The translations under genes were made by a program, and so were the position numbers. The notes beneath the pieces are model-generated. The model was not told the origin of the DNA, did no database searches, and saw only the letters and a list, made by a program, of their open reading frames with translations. Of a DNA stretch of 64,000 bases, positions 17,173-27,704 are shown in pieces. How positions within the stretch are numbered: position 1 is the stretch's first letter; every line of letters starts with the position of its first letter. Source of the DNA: an uncultured Olegusella sp. (GTDB lineage Bacteria; Actinomycetota; Coriobacteriia; Coriobacteriales; Atopobiaceae); contig NZ_CAMXYY010000002.1 in assembly GCF_947253395.1 (NCBI RefSeq), positions 2,131-66,130 on the forward strand, written 5' to 3'.

Positions 17173-19608
17173 TTGGCGTTTTCCGATAACTATGCGGGTC
17201 TTAGTGGAGCTGAGGTAGCAAAGCGTAAGGCTCAGGGTAAATCAAATATCGATACTGATGTCAAAACAAAAACAATTGCGCAAATCATCAGCGAGCATAC
17301 GCTTACCTTCTTTAATGGCATAAACCTCGTGATTGCACTTTTGGTGCTTGCTACAGGCTATTTTCGCAATCTATTGTTTGTCACCACGCCTCTCATTAAT
17401 CTTTTTATTGGTGTTATTCAAGAGATTCGGGCAAAACGTCAGGTTGATAGACTGCAGCTTTTGACTGCCTCAGAGGTGCAGGTACGGCGCGATGGCAAAG
17501 ATCAACTTATTTCCTCTTCGGAACTTGTGCTTGACGATGTGATTGTTCTTGCCCATGGACAGCAGGTGCCGGCAGATTCTTTGGTGCTTGCGGGTGCTGC
17601 GACTATGAATGAAAGTTTATTGACGGGTGAGTCTGAGCCCGTATCAAAACATGTTGGTGATGCGATTCTTTCAGGTTCATTTGTTGACTCGGGATCTCTG
17701 GTATGCCGCGTTAATAAGGTAGGCAAGGACGGATATGCTGCGCGTATCAATGCGGAGGCAAAATACGTTAAGCCCATACGCTCTGAAATTAAAAGCGTTG
17801 TTGAATCTGTTGTCCGCTTTGGTACCTATATGCTCATCCCTCTGGGCCTTGCGCTTTTTATTCGTACATCCATGACGGGAGCCGAGCTTAATCATGCGAT
17901 TTTGACCTCTGTGTCTGCAGTTATCGCAATGATTCCTCAAGGTCTTGTATTGTTGACTTCAACTGTATTAGCCGTCGCAACGACGCGTTTGGGTCAGCAT
18001 CAAGTGCTTGTGCAGCAGGCATATTGCATTGAGACGCTTGCTCGTGTTGATACGCTTTGTTTGGACAAGACGGGCACTCTTACCACAGGCGGCATGATTG
18101 TCGACCAAGTTGTCGGTGCTGATGGTGGAAAACAGCTGCGCCAACAAACGCTCACCGCAATGTCTACCATTGCTCATGCAGGTGAGGACGATGCAAACGA
18201 AACTGCTGTCGCTATTTTGAATTATGTTAAAGCGCAACAGGTTATGCCATTGGATGTTGTGCGCGCGATTCCTTTTTCTTCTCGTCGTAAATATTCAGGT
18301 TGTATTTGTTTGGATGGCCAAGCGCTCGTAATGGGTGCAGCACAGTTTGTACTTGGCGATGAGTTTTCCTCTGTAGAGACTCAGCTTCGTTCTTTTGGTG
18401 AATTAGCGCGCGTACTAATTGTGGCGCGTGTTGAGGATTTTGATGAAAAAGGTCTATTTATCGGCAAAGCCCAGCTCCTTGGCTTTGTAAGTATCCAAGA
18501 CGAGCTTCGTGCCAGCGCACAGGAGACAATGGAATACTTCATCCAACAAGGAGTCGATCTTCGTGTCATTTCGGGCGATGATCCGGTCACGGTCTCTGCC
18601 ATTGCGCGCGTAGCGGGTGTTCCTCAAGCAGACAAATGGATTGATACTTCAACGCTCACAGACAAAACAGCTATTGCACAGGCTGTGAGAGATTATCGAG
18701 TCTTTGGTCGTGTGACCCCTGAAATAAAGCGTGAATTGGTGATTGCCCTCAAAAACCAAGGTCATACGGTTGCTATGACGGGCGATGGAGTGAACGATAT
18801 TTTGGCTTTGCGTGAAGCGGACTGCTCGGTTGCTATGGCCTCAGGTTCTGCAGCAGCGCGCAATGTTGCCGAGATTGTCCTTGCAGATGATGATTTTGCT
18901 CACATGCCTCAAGTTGTTGCAGAAGGACGTCGTTCTATCAATAATCTTCAGCGTTCGGCTTCTCTATTTTTGGTAAAGACAGTCTATGCTGCAGTCTTGG
19001 CTTTTATTTGCGTATTTTTGCCGCCATATCCTTTTATTCCCATACAGGCTTCGCTCTTATCAGGCATCGTTATTGGACTTCCAAGCTTGGTGCTTGCACT
19101 GGAACCCAATCATGAGCGTGTAACAGGATCTTTCCTTGAGCATGTGCTGAGTCGCTCATTACCTGCTTCATTAGCGATTGTGGTAGCTCTTTTTGCCGAG
19201 ATTTTGGCTGGGCGTGCGCTTGGTTGGTCTTTTGGATTGGTATCAACAGCATGCACCTATTTGGTTGCCATCATAGGCATTATCTTGGTATGGCGTATTT
19301 CACAGCCGCTCAATGTACTGAGAAAAGCTCTTCTTGGAGTCATGATTTTTTCACTTCTGGTTGCGGTGTTATTTTTCTTTGACTTCTTTTCAATTGAGGA
19401 TTTATCGCTTGGAGGTTACATCTTTTGCGCGATTGTAGCTTTGCTGTCAGTGGGGATATTCAAGCATAGTTATGATTGGCTAAATGGGCCTGCGCTTGAT
19501 GCCGGGTTCCTTAAAGGTGCAGTTGCTCGGGTGGAGGCATTAAATGTTGGACGTGACAAGCGACGCGCAGCTTGGCAAGAAGCCTTGCGCGACCGATTTG
19601 AAAGTTGA
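17173..19608 (+). CDS. P-type cation-transporting ATPase (CtpE-like)
   Basis: TGES, DKTGTLT, SGD and TGDGVND motifs; about 10 TM; TTG start after GGGGGAG. Confidence 0.9.
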   Translation: MAFSDNYAGLSGAEVAKRKAQGKSNIDTDVKTKTIAQIISEHTLTFFNGINLVIALLVLATGYFRNLLFVTTPLINLFIGVIQEIRAKRQVDRLQLLTASEVQVRRDGKDQLISSSELVLDDVIVLAHGQQVPADSLVLAGAATMNESLLTGESEPVSKHVGDAILSGSFVDSGSLVCRVNKVGKDGYAARINAEAKYVKPIRSEIKSVVESVVRFGTYMLIPLGLALFIRTSMTGAELNHAILTSVSAVIAMIPQGLVLLTSTVLAVATTRLGQHQVLVQQAYCIETLARVDTLCLDKTGTLTTGGMIVDQVVGADGGKQLRQQTLTAMSTIAHAGEDDANETAVAILNYVKAQQVMPLDVVRAIPFSSRRKYSGCICLDGQALVMGAAQFVLGDEFSSVETQLRSFGELARVLIVARVEDFDEKGLFIGKAQLLGFVSIQDELRASAQETMEYFIQQGVDLRVISGDDPVTVSAIARVAGVPQADKWIDTSTLTDKTAIAQAVRDYRVFGRVTPEIKRELVIALKNQGHTVAMTGDGVNDILALREADCSVAMASGSAAARNVAEIVLADDDFAHMPQVVAEGRRSINNLQRSASLFLVKTVYAAVLAFICVFLPPYPFIPIQASLLSGIVIGLPSLVLALEPNHERVTGSFLEHVLSRSLPASLAIVVALFAEILAGRALGWSFGLVSTACTYLVAIIGIILVWRISQPLNVLRKALLGVMIFSLLVAVLFFFDFFSIEDLSLGGYIFCAIVALLSVGIFKHSYDWLNGPALDAGFLKGAVARVEALNVGRDKRRAAWQEALRDRFES

Positions 19609-22288
19609 TGTTAGCTCTGAGAATTTTGTGCAAGCAGTATATAAGGCGAGAGAGAGCGTAGAGTTTGCCGTTGGTAAAAAGAAGTTCCATGCATATAAGG
19701 TCGCAGATATTCCCGGGGCAGATAAGCTTCCCTACGCCTTATTTGTTTTGCTAGAAAACTGTGTACGTCGCGCTAAAGATGACGATGAAGCTGCTCTTTT
19801 GGCGGGTCGTATCGTCTCGGCGGCACTTGAGGGTACCAAGGGTGCTGAAATTCCTTTTATGCCCGCTCGCGTACTCTTTCAGGATTTTACGGGTGTCCCT
19901 GTTTTTGTGGACTTTGCTGCTATGCGTGACGCTATGGCAGCTCGTGGCGGCAATCCAGAGCGTGTGAGTCCGCGTATCCCGTGTACCTTGGTCATTGACC
20001 ATTCGGTCATTGCTGATGAGGCAGGTACATCCTGCTCTGCCCTTACTAATCGTCTCAAGGAAGTAGAGCGCAATCGTGAACGCTTTGCTTTCCTTAAGTG
20101 GGCGGCAAAATCTTTTGATAATGTGCGTATAGTTCCTCCAGGAGAAGGGATTTGCCATCAGCTCAATATAGAACGTTTCTGCGAAGTTGTCTCTACTGAC
20201 GCTCTTAGCGATCAAACAGTTCCCGTTGCATGTTTTGATAGTTTAGTTGGCACAGACTCCCATACCACTACAGCAAATGGTCTCGGTATTCTTGGATGGG
20301 GTGTTGGTGGTATAGAGGCTGAGGCTGCAGCCTTAGGTCAGCCGATAAGCATGCTGGTGCCTCCTGTGGTTGAACTTAAGCTTACCGGTAGATTGCCACA
20401 AGGTATCAGCGGTATGGATTTAGCGCTGACGGTGTGCGAGCGACTGCGTGCAGAGGATGTTGTAGGCAGTCTTGTGGAGGTCACTGGTGATGGTGTAGGC
20501 ACGCTCAGCGCTACCCAACGTGCGTGCGTTGCCAATATGACTCCTGAGTATGGAGCTACAACTACGCTTTTTCCCGTGGACACTCCTACGATGGATTATC
20601 TCTGGCTTACCGGTCGCTCAGAAGAGCAAATCAGGCTCATTGAAAAATATCTTGATTTGCAAGATATGCTGCAAAAATCTTCTGATCGCATGTATGCCAA
20701 AACAATCGAGATTAATCTTGCCGAAGTGCAGCAGAGTTTAGCTGGGCCCTCAAGACCACATCGCCGTGTCGTGCCCGCAGAGCTTACCACGCGTTTTGAA
20801 GAAGGTGTTATTGCTCACGGTCATAATCCTCATGAGATGTTTGATATTCAACTGAAAGGACAGAGGTATCAGATTGGCCACGGTACTGTTGCAATTGCTG
20901 CTATCACCAGCTGTACTACAGCAACTGACCCTACCATGATGGTTCAGGCTGGTCTTCTTGCAAAGGCGGCAGTTGACAAGGGCCTACATACTGCTCCTTG
21001 GGTTAAGACTATTTTGGCTCCAGGTAGCCATGCGGCGGCAATGATTCTTGATCGCGCAGGTCTTTCTGAAAGTCTTGAGCAGCTAGGCTTTGCTGTGTGT
21101 GGCTTTGGTTGCATGAGTTGCATTGGTAACTCAGGATCTATTGCTGCTCCTCTTCACAATATTGCAGACCACATTGAGCTTGCAAGTGTGCTTTCGGGTA
21201 ATCGTAATTTTGATGGGCGTATCTCTCCTGACGTAGCGCAAAACTTCCTCATGGAGCCTGCACTAGTGCTTGCATATGCATTAACTGGTACGGTTAATTG
21301 TGATTTGACATCGACACCAGTAGGACATGCAGCTGATGGTACGCCCCTTATGCTTTCTGAGTTGATGCCAAGCGATGATGAGGTAGCTCAGATTTTAGCG
21401 TCGGTGCTGACTCCTGAGCTTTATGAAGAGGGTGGCATAGGACTGCTGAGTGGTTATCCTGAATGGTCTTCTATCCCTGCAAGCTCTTCTGCTACTTTCG
21501 ACTGGGATCTGTCGTCTACCTATGTACGTCGTCCCAGCTATTTTGAAGAGGCACGGACAGGGGATAGCATCAAGATCCAAGGTGCTCGCTCCCTCGCTTT
21601 GTTAGGTGATTTTGTAACCACAGATCATATTTCGCCAGCAGGAAGCATTGCGAGTGATGGCCCCGCTGCACGCTATTTAATCGAGCGGGGTATCAGCGAG
21701 GATAACTTTAATACCTTTGGTAGTCGCCGTGGTAATCATGAACTTATGATGCGTGGTACATTTGCCAATGTAAAGCTTGTCAATAAGCTTGCTGCTGGTA
21801 AGACGGGCGGCTGGACGCGCAACTTTGTTGATGGCACACTTACGAGTATCTTTGATGCCGCTATGGACTATCGCAGCAAGCACATTCCTCTTGTTATCAT
21901 AGCGGGCAAGATGTATGGCTCGGGATCTAGTCGCGATTGGGCTGCAAAAGGTCCCGCCTTGCTTGGTGTTCGCGCTGTACTTGCAGAAAGCTTTGAGCGC
22001 ATTCATCGTTCAAACCTTGTACAAATGGGTGTTATCCCCTTACAGTTTGTTGAAGGTCAAAATGCTGAAACACTAGGCCTTGATGGGAGTGAAGAGTTTG
22101 ATTTGTCCGAAATCAAACTTGATCAGCTTATAGCTGGCCATACCAGCTGTAGGGTCTGTGCTCGCAAAGCTCATGGCGACCGTGTGCATTTTGAGTGTGT
22201 GGTACGTATTGATACGCCAACTGAGGCGGATTTTGTACGTGCAGGGGGTATCTTGCCCTATGTGCTCAACGATTTGAACACAGCATAA
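19544..22288 (+). CDS. acnA: Aconitate hydratase A family (true start probably a few codons downstream)
   Basis: QDFTGVP, DHSV, GTDSHT, ITSCT, GCMSCIGNSG, SGNRNF, TTDHISPAG and GSSRDWAAKG motifs. Confidence 0.9.
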   Translation: MLDVTSDAQLGKKPCATDLKVDVSSENFVQAVYKARESVEFAVGKKKFHAYKVADIPGADKLPYALFVLLENCVRRAKDDDEAALLAGRIVSAALEGTKGAEIPFMPARVLFQDFTGVPVFVDFAAMRDAMAARGGNPERVSPRIPCTLVIDHSVIADEAGTSCSALTNRLKEVERNRERFAFLKWAAKSFDNVRIVPPGEGICHQLNIERFCEVVSTDALSDQTVPVACFDSLVGTDSHTTTANGLGILGWGVGGIEAEAAALGQPISMLVPPVVELKLTGRLPQGISGMDLALTVCERLRAEDVVGSLVEVTGDGVGTLSATQRACVANMTPEYGATTTLFPVDTPTMDYLWLTGRSEEQIRLIEKYLDLQDMLQKSSDRMYAKTIEINLAEVQQSLAGPSRPHRRVVPAELTTRFEEGVIAHGHNPHEMFDIQLKGQRYQIGHGTVAIAAITSCTTATDPTMMVQAGLLAKAAVDKGLHTAPWVKTILAPGSHAAAMILDRAGLSESLEQLGFAVCGFGCMSCIGNSGSIAAPLHNIADHIELASVLSGNRNFDGRISPDVAQNFLMEPALVLAYALTGTVNCDLTSTPVGHAADGTPLMLSELMPSDDEVAQILASVLTPELYEEGGIGLLSGYPEWSSIPASSSATFDWDLSSTYVRRPSYFEEARTGDSIKIQGARSLALLGDFVTTDHISPAGSIASDGPAARYLIERGISEDNFNTFGSRRGNHELMMRGTFANVKLVNKLAAGKTGGWTRNFVDGTLTSIFDAAMDYRSKHIPLVIIAGKMYGSGSSRDWAAKGPALLGVRAVLAESFERIHRSNLVQMGVIPLQFVEGQNAETLGLDGSEEFDLSEIKLDQLIAGHTSCRVCARKAHGDRVHFECVVRIDTPTEADFVRAGGILPYVLNDLNTA

Positions 22289-22350
22289 GTGTGCAAGCAC
22301 TTTGTTCTCTGTGCGGATTGCGTATCTATGAATGAGGAAGGAGGAGGTCA

Positions 22351-23379
22351 GTGATTTGTCCACATTGTGGTTCGCATATTTCTGATGATGTATTGCGTTG
22401 TCCTGCTTGTCATGGTGATTTGGGCATGACTACGCGGCTTCCTCGTCTTGAGCAAAGGTGGTGTGCCAATTGTGGTGCGCTAGTTCCTCTCGGTGCTGAT
22501 AGGTGTCCTGCTTGTGGCACCTTTGTGCCGGTCAATCTTCATTCGCAAAACAATATATCTACAGCTACCAAAGAGATTTTAAAAAAAGCTGAGGAAGAGC
22601 GGAAAGCCCGTGAGGCAAAGAGTTTGGAGGAAGGGGAGACCCATGCAATGCCGCGCATTGAGAGTGCGGTTCCTGCAAATCCTGAGGCTTACGACCCGTT
22701 AAATAAACATGATAATTTCCCTCGCGCACGCGTAGCCTTGGTAGCAGCCCTTGCATCGTTGCTTGTGGTGGGTGGTACGGTACTCTATATCACTCATCCT
22801 TGGAATGCTGAGGCTTTTGCCACCAAAGCAAAGATACCTGCGGATATGTCTATGGCGGGATTTCCTGGCAAAAAAAATGCATTGAGTCAAGATAGGGCAT
22901 CTGGCTCTGATGCAGAAAAAACAGTGCTTTCTGCTGATGAACTCACGTATCAAAAGCTCATGGGAGTCTACAAGCAGTACAACAGCTATGAAGAGGAGCT
23001 TGAAAAAAGCGAAAGCCTGCTGAAAGAAAAGGGCACGATGGGCAGTTTTGACGAACGTAAAGCCGGTCACGATAGCCAAGAGGAACTTGCCATTCGTCTG
23101 GATAATACCCTTAAGTCCTTAGACGAGATTGATATCACAACGGGCACCTATGCTCAGGATGTATCTAACTTTAAAACTTTAGGTTCGTGGTTGCGTAACT
23201 GGTCTGACGATCTTCGTACCTGTTGGAAGAAGTCTGCCGAACTTGACAATGCCGAAGGAAAAGAAGATGAAATCTTTGCTGCAATTAATGAGCATGCCGA
23301 CTCAAGTGGCAAGAATACCTTCCGCTCACACTTTGATTCGAATTATTCTGCCTGGAAGCCAACAAAACCTACTCAGTAA
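22351..23379 (+). CDS. Double zinc-ribbon membrane-anchored protein
   Basis: CPHC/CPAC and CANC/CPAC at the N-terminus, one central TM, helical C-terminal domain; RBS GGAGG. Confidence 0.8.
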   Translation: MICPHCGSHISDDVLRCPACHGDLGMTTRLPRLEQRWCANCGALVPLGADRCPACGTFVPVNLHSQNNISTATKEILKKAEEERKAREAKSLEEGETHAMPRIESAVPANPEAYDPLNKHDNFPRARVALVAALASLLVVGGTVLYITHPWNAEAFATKAKIPADMSMAGFPGKKNALSQDRASGSDAEKTVLSADELTYQKLMGVYKQYNSYEEELEKSESLLKEKGTMGSFDERKAGHDSQEELAIRLDNTLKSLDEIDITTGTYAQDVSNFKTLGSWLRNWSDDLRTCWKKSAELDNAEGKEDEIFAAINEHADSSGKNTFRSHFDSNYSAWKPTKPTQ

Positions 23380-23512
23380 ATCTGGGTTTATGGTTTATTC
23401 TTAACTATAACTTAGCGTCTGCCGAATATGTGAAACGCGGCTTGCGCTGGTAAACTCGTACAGATATGTTAATGCTGCTGGCAACATGCCGTAGTGAGAG
23501 GTGAGCAGACAC

Positions 23513-24055
23513 ATGGGTTTCTTCTCTGATCCGCTCTATGAGCCTGAATATAAGGTCGTAGGCGATGAGATTGCCACGATCGATACTAATAAGGGCATCA
23601 TTTGTGTGCGTCTTGATGGTGTAGGGGCGCCTATTCATGTCGCAAACTTTTGCGAATTGGCTTCGGCTGGTTTTTATGATGGCCTAAAGTTCCACCGCTA
23701 TGTTCCTGGTTTTGTTATCCAAGGCGGATGTCCTCATACACGTGATATGTCCGCCGCTGATGTTGCGGCAGGCAAGGTTGGCCCCGATGGAATGCCTGGT
23801 ACGGGTGGTCCTGGCTATCGTATCAAACAGGAATTTACGACCAATCCTCGCAATTCCCATGATGATGGCGCTCTTGCTATGGCGCGTTCTCAGTCGCCTG
23901 ATTCAGCAGGTTCTCAATTCTATTTCTGCCTAGGTGCTCAGCATGGGCTAGACTCTGGTTATACAGTCTTTGGCCAGACAATTGAGGGTCTTGAAATTGA
24001 GCAGTCTTTGCGTGCAGGCGATATCATTAATTCAATTCGTATTAAGCATGCGTAA
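23513..24055 (+). CDS. Cyclophilin-type peptidyl-prolyl isomerase
   Basis: FHRYVPGFVIQGG, LAMAR, SAGSQF and YTVFG motifs. Confidence 0.93.
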   Translation: MGFFSDPLYEPEYKVVGDEIATIDTNKGIICVRLDGVGAPIHVANFCELASAGFYDGLKFHRYVPGFVIQGGCPHTRDMSAADVAAGKVGPDGMPGTGGPGYRIKQEFTTNPRNSHDDGALAMARSQSPDSAGSQFYFCLGAQHGLDSGYTVFGQTIEGLEIEQSLRAGDIINSIRIKHA

Positions 24056-24119
24056 GCCTCAGTACATGCCTAAGCGTGGTTGGCTGAACTAGGCTCAAGA
24101 ATGATAGGAGCGTCCCAGA

Positions 24120-25598
24120 GTGAATACACAAGCGTTTGCAGCGGGCAATGAAGCATACAAACAGGCAAACTTCGGTGTTGCAGTAGAGCTGTTTGTTCAG
24201 GCAAAAGGCCCTGGTGAGGTGTCTGGTCAGATTGACCACCTTCTTGGTAACTGCTACATGCGCCTTGGCCGCTATGACGAGGCTGCAGTTTCTTATGCTG
24301 ATGCTCTTCGTGACTCCACCTATGGTCATGCGGGCGCACTTGCCTGCAATCGCGGCCGCGCCTTGCTTGCTGCTGGTCGTCCGCAGGAGGCTATTGCCTC
24401 TTTGACAATGGCGACTAAAGATGGCAGCTATGCCACTCCTTATAAGGCTTATTTGGCTTTGGGTGACGCCTATTTACAGGTGGGTGATGCGCGCGATGGT
24501 GGTGTTGCTTATCGCAATGCTGCAATTGATGAGTCCAACCCCAAGCCTTCCGTGGCTTTGACCAAGCTAGGCTCTTGCTTTATGAAGTTAGGTCGTGCAG
24601 CAGATGCTATCGAGGCATATCGTACTGCCCTTGATTTTGCGACTGGCGAAGATAATCAAAATAAGATTTATGCCTCTATGGGCCTTGCCTATGTAGCGGC
24701 AAATCGTATGTCCGAGGCCGCCGATGCCTTTGGCCGTGCTACCACGGATGGTCACTATCAGCTGACACCCGAGGAGCGCATCTCTGCAGATGCCGCGCAG
24801 CGTGCATTACATGCCCAGACAGGTGATGGTCCTTCCGAGACAGATGCGCTTCTAGCCGCTGCGGGATATGGCTCTCAAAGCGTAAGCGCAGGTGTTGATC
24901 CTCTTGATCCATTGGGCAAGTCTGGTGAATTTATTCCTTCGCCTGAGGATACGGGATTCTTTTCTCTTGATGAAGAAGAAGTTGTCAAGCAGGATAAGAA
25001 GATTCGTCGCAAGCACAAGCATAGTGGCCTTAAAGCCTTTTTTATTTTCTTCTTTATTTTGGTACTTCTTTTGGGTGCAGCCGCCTTTGCGTATTGGAAA
25101 GGCTATGGCTGGCCTATGCAGGCTGATGTCACTACCAGCCTTTTTGAGAAGGCAAATGAAGGTGCTGACTACTCAAGTCTTGTGTCTCCCAAGCTGACCG
25201 ACGATGCTCGCAAACAGCTTGACCAAAATCTTCCTGCGGGGGTGAAGTCGGTTACAGCGGTAACTCAAGAACAGTCCATGAGTACTTCTAAAGTGCTTGT
25301 TGATGTCAAACTGCAAGATGGTGGTTCACTGGCATATACTGCAACCCTTGTTCGTGAAGGCATTGGTTGGAAGGTTGCCAAGATAGAGTTGCAATCTCCT
25401 TCAACTGGCGGTAGTGATGCCAAACTTGAGACTGAGACTTCACCGTCTGATACGGCGGATAAGACTGATGCCAATACAGCTCAGCCTGCCGATAATGCTA
25501 CGACCCAGAGCAATCCTACGGCCGACACTCAAAATACTTCCGAGCAAAACAACGATCAACAAAGTACTGATTCAAACACCCAGACGTCCCAGAACTAG
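24120..25598 (+). CDS. TPR-repeat membrane protein
   Basis: Several TPR-like units (LGNCYMRLGRYDEA, LGSCFMKLGRAADA), one TM after KKIRRKHKH, T/N/Q/S-rich tail. Confidence 0.8.
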   Translation: MNTQAFAAGNEAYKQANFGVAVELFVQAKGPGEVSGQIDHLLGNCYMRLGRYDEAAVSYADALRDSTYGHAGALACNRGRALLAAGRPQEAIASLTMATKDGSYATPYKAYLALGDAYLQVGDARDGGVAYRNAAIDESNPKPSVALTKLGSCFMKLGRAADAIEAYRTALDFATGEDNQNKIYASMGLAYVAANRMSEAADAFGRATTDGHYQLTPEERISADAAQRALHAQTGDGPSETDALLAAAGYGSQSVSAGVDPLDPLGKSGEFIPSPEDTGFFSLDEEEVVKQDKKIRRKHKHSGLKAFFIFFFILVLLLGAAAFAYWKGYGWPMQADVTTSLFEKANEGADYSSLVSPKLTDDARKQLDQNLPAGVKSVTAVTQEQSMSTSKVLVDVKLQDGGSLAYTATLVREGIGWKVAKIELQSPSTGGSDAKLETETSPSDTADKTDANTAQPADNATTQSNPTADTQNTSEQNNDQQSTDSNTQTSQN

Positions 25599-25617
25599 CA
25601 GGTAGAAGGCAGGGAAG

Positions 25618-26670
25618 ATGTCGATTCTCGATACACTCTTCGGAGAGTATAGCGGCGATCTTGCAATTGACCTTGGAACAGCAAATACTTTGGTTGCTGT
25701 TCGCGGTCAAGGTATCGTAATTAATGAGCCCTCCGTTGTCGCTATCGATAAAAGTGAAGATAGAGTACTGGCCGTCGGTGCCGATGCAAAGCGCATGATT
25801 GGCCGTACTCCAGGTTCTATTATTGCTGAGCGCCCACTCAAAGACGGCGTTATTGCTGACTTTGATGTAACTGAAGTTATGCTTCGGTATTTCATCGAGA
25901 AAGCTCGCGGCTCTCAATCTAGGCAGTACCCTTGGTCACCCCGTCCCCGTGTTGTCGTCTGTGTGCCTTCTGGTGTCACTTCTGTCGAGAAGCGTGCTGT
26001 TTTTGAGGCTACTATCCAGGCTGGTGCTCGCCAGGCCTATTTAATTGAAGAGCCTATGGCTGCAGCAATTGGTGCTGATTTACCTATTGAAGATCCCACA
26101 GGATCCATGGTTGTCGATATTGGTGGCGGCACCACTGAGGTTGCTGTTATTGCTATGGGTGGTATCGTTGTGTCCCAGTCGATTCGTACTGCTGGTGATG
26201 AGTTTGACCAGGTTATTCTTGAGCATGTGCGTGATGCATATAATCTTTCGATTGGTGAGCGCACAGCAGAAGACATCAAGATTAAGGTTGGCTCTGCTGC
26301 ACCCTTGGCAGAGGAATTAGATGTTGAGGTCAATGGCCGTGATGTTATGAGCGGTCTTCCAAAGGCTGTGCGCATCGAAAGCGAGGAAATTCGCCGCGCT
26401 CTTGATAAGCCCTTGGATGATGTTACCAAGGCAGTTAAGGATGCCTTGGATATAACTCCGCCTGACCTTGCAAGCGACCTGATGTATTACGGAATCCTTC
26501 TGACTGGTGGCGGTGGTTTGCTGCGCGGTCTTGATCAGCGTCTGCGTGATGAGACCGGTGTGCCTGTCAATGTGAGTCCCACTGCACTCGAAAACGTCGT
26601 TAACGGCTGTGCCAAGGTCCTTGAGGCCAATGCATTGACGGGTGGCTTCGTACAGAGTGCGGGTCAGTAG
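25618..26670 (+). CDS. mreB: Rod shape-determining actin homologue
   Basis: IDLGTANT, EPSVVA, DIGGGTTE and LTGGG motifs. Confidence 0.97.
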   Translation: MSILDTLFGEYSGDLAIDLGTANTLVAVRGQGIVINEPSVVAIDKSEDRVLAVGADAKRMIGRTPGSIIAERPLKDGVIADFDVTEVMLRYFIEKARGSQSRQYPWSPRPRVVVCVPSGVTSVEKRAVFEATIQAGARQAYLIEEPMAAAIGADLPIEDPTGSMVVDIGGGTTEVAVIAMGGIVVSQSIRTAGDEFDQVILEHVRDAYNLSIGERTAEDIKIKVGSAAPLAEELDVEVNGRDVMSGLPKAVRIESEEIRRALDKPLDDVTKAVKDALDITPPDLASDLMYYGILLTGGGGLLRGLDQRLRDETGVPVNVSPTALENVVNGCAKVLEANALTGGFVQSAGQ

Positions 26671-26681
26671 GAGGCTATAAC

Positions 26682-27698
26682 ATGCCTCGTCATTCACTCG
26701 GCGGACTTGGTACGCCTGCTCAGCTGCGTAAGCGCAGTGTTAATAATGGTTTGCGAGTTGCAGTCGTGTGCGTTGTGCTTTCCGTCGTATTTTTTACTTT
26801 GGGGAGCCGCGAAGCAGGAAAAGGTCCTCTCAATAGTATCCGTGGTGGTTTTCAGGTGGTTATGACCCCTGTAAAGACACTAGGTTCTGCCGTTACAGCA
26901 CCTTTTCAGGGTTTGGGAAATATCTTTGCCAACCTTACTTCGAGTCAGGAGACGCTCTCTGAGCTTAAGACTCGCAACGAAAAGTTGACCGCTCGTAACG
27001 CTGAGCTTGAAGAAGCTCAGCAAACGGCAAAGCGTTTGCAGAAGCTTTTGGACTTGCAGGACTCCTACAATCTCAAGTCTACGGCAGCGCGCATTATTGC
27101 GGGTTCTACTGACTCATGGAGCTCAACGGTTACCATTGATAAGGGTACTCTTGCGGGTCTTGCAGTGGGCATGCCTGTTACCGATGCTGCAGGTATTATT
27201 GGTCAGACTATTGCCTGCGGTCCTACGTCTTCAACGGTGCGCCTGCTGACGGATGAAGGCTCTAGTGTGGCCGCAATGCTTCAAGGTACGCGTGTCCAGG
27301 GTATGCTTAATGGTTCTGCCGATGGCACACTGCATCTCACTTTGATTGGTACTGACCAAAAAGTTGAAGTAGGAGATATGGTAGTTACCAGTGGACTGGG
27401 TGGTGTTTTTCCCAAGGGGCTACCTCTGGGGCGTGTGTATAACGTCAATCGTACAACAGGAGCGCTCTATCTCGATATCCAAGTTTCCACTCTTTCTTCT
27501 ACGGAGAATTTTGAAGAAGTATTGGTAGTTACCTCGCTTACCGAAGGGCAGGAAGCTACTGAAGAAGAAATTGCAGCTGCTGACAAGCAAGACTCAAAGC
27601 AAGTAAAGGGTGCTAACAGCAGTGCCAAGAGCGGCAGCTCTGCTTTGGGTAGTAGCAGTTCTGATGGTTCTGATAACTCATCTTCGGGAGAGGAGTAG
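26682..27698 (+). CDS. mreC: Rod shape-determining protein MreC
   Basis: TM, coiled coil, IDKG and VVTSGLGGVFPKG. Confidence 0.93.
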   Translation: MPRHSLGGLGTPAQLRKRSVNNGLRVAVVCVVLSVVFFTLGSREAGKGPLNSIRGGFQVVMTPVKTLGSAVTAPFQGLGNIFANLTSSQETLSELKTRNEKLTARNAELEEAQQTAKRLQKLLDLQDSYNLKSTAARIIAGSTDSWSSTVTIDKGTLAGLAVGMPVTDAAGIIGQTIACGPTSSTVRLLTDEGSSVAAMLQGTRVQGMLNGSADGTLHLTLIGTDQKVEVGDMVVTSGLGGVFPKGLPLGRVYNVNRTTGALYLDIQVSTLSSTENFEEVLVVTSLTEGQEATEEEIAAADKQDSKQVKGANSSAKSGSSALGSSSSDGSDNSSSGEE

Positions 27699-27704
27699 GC
27701 GGCC

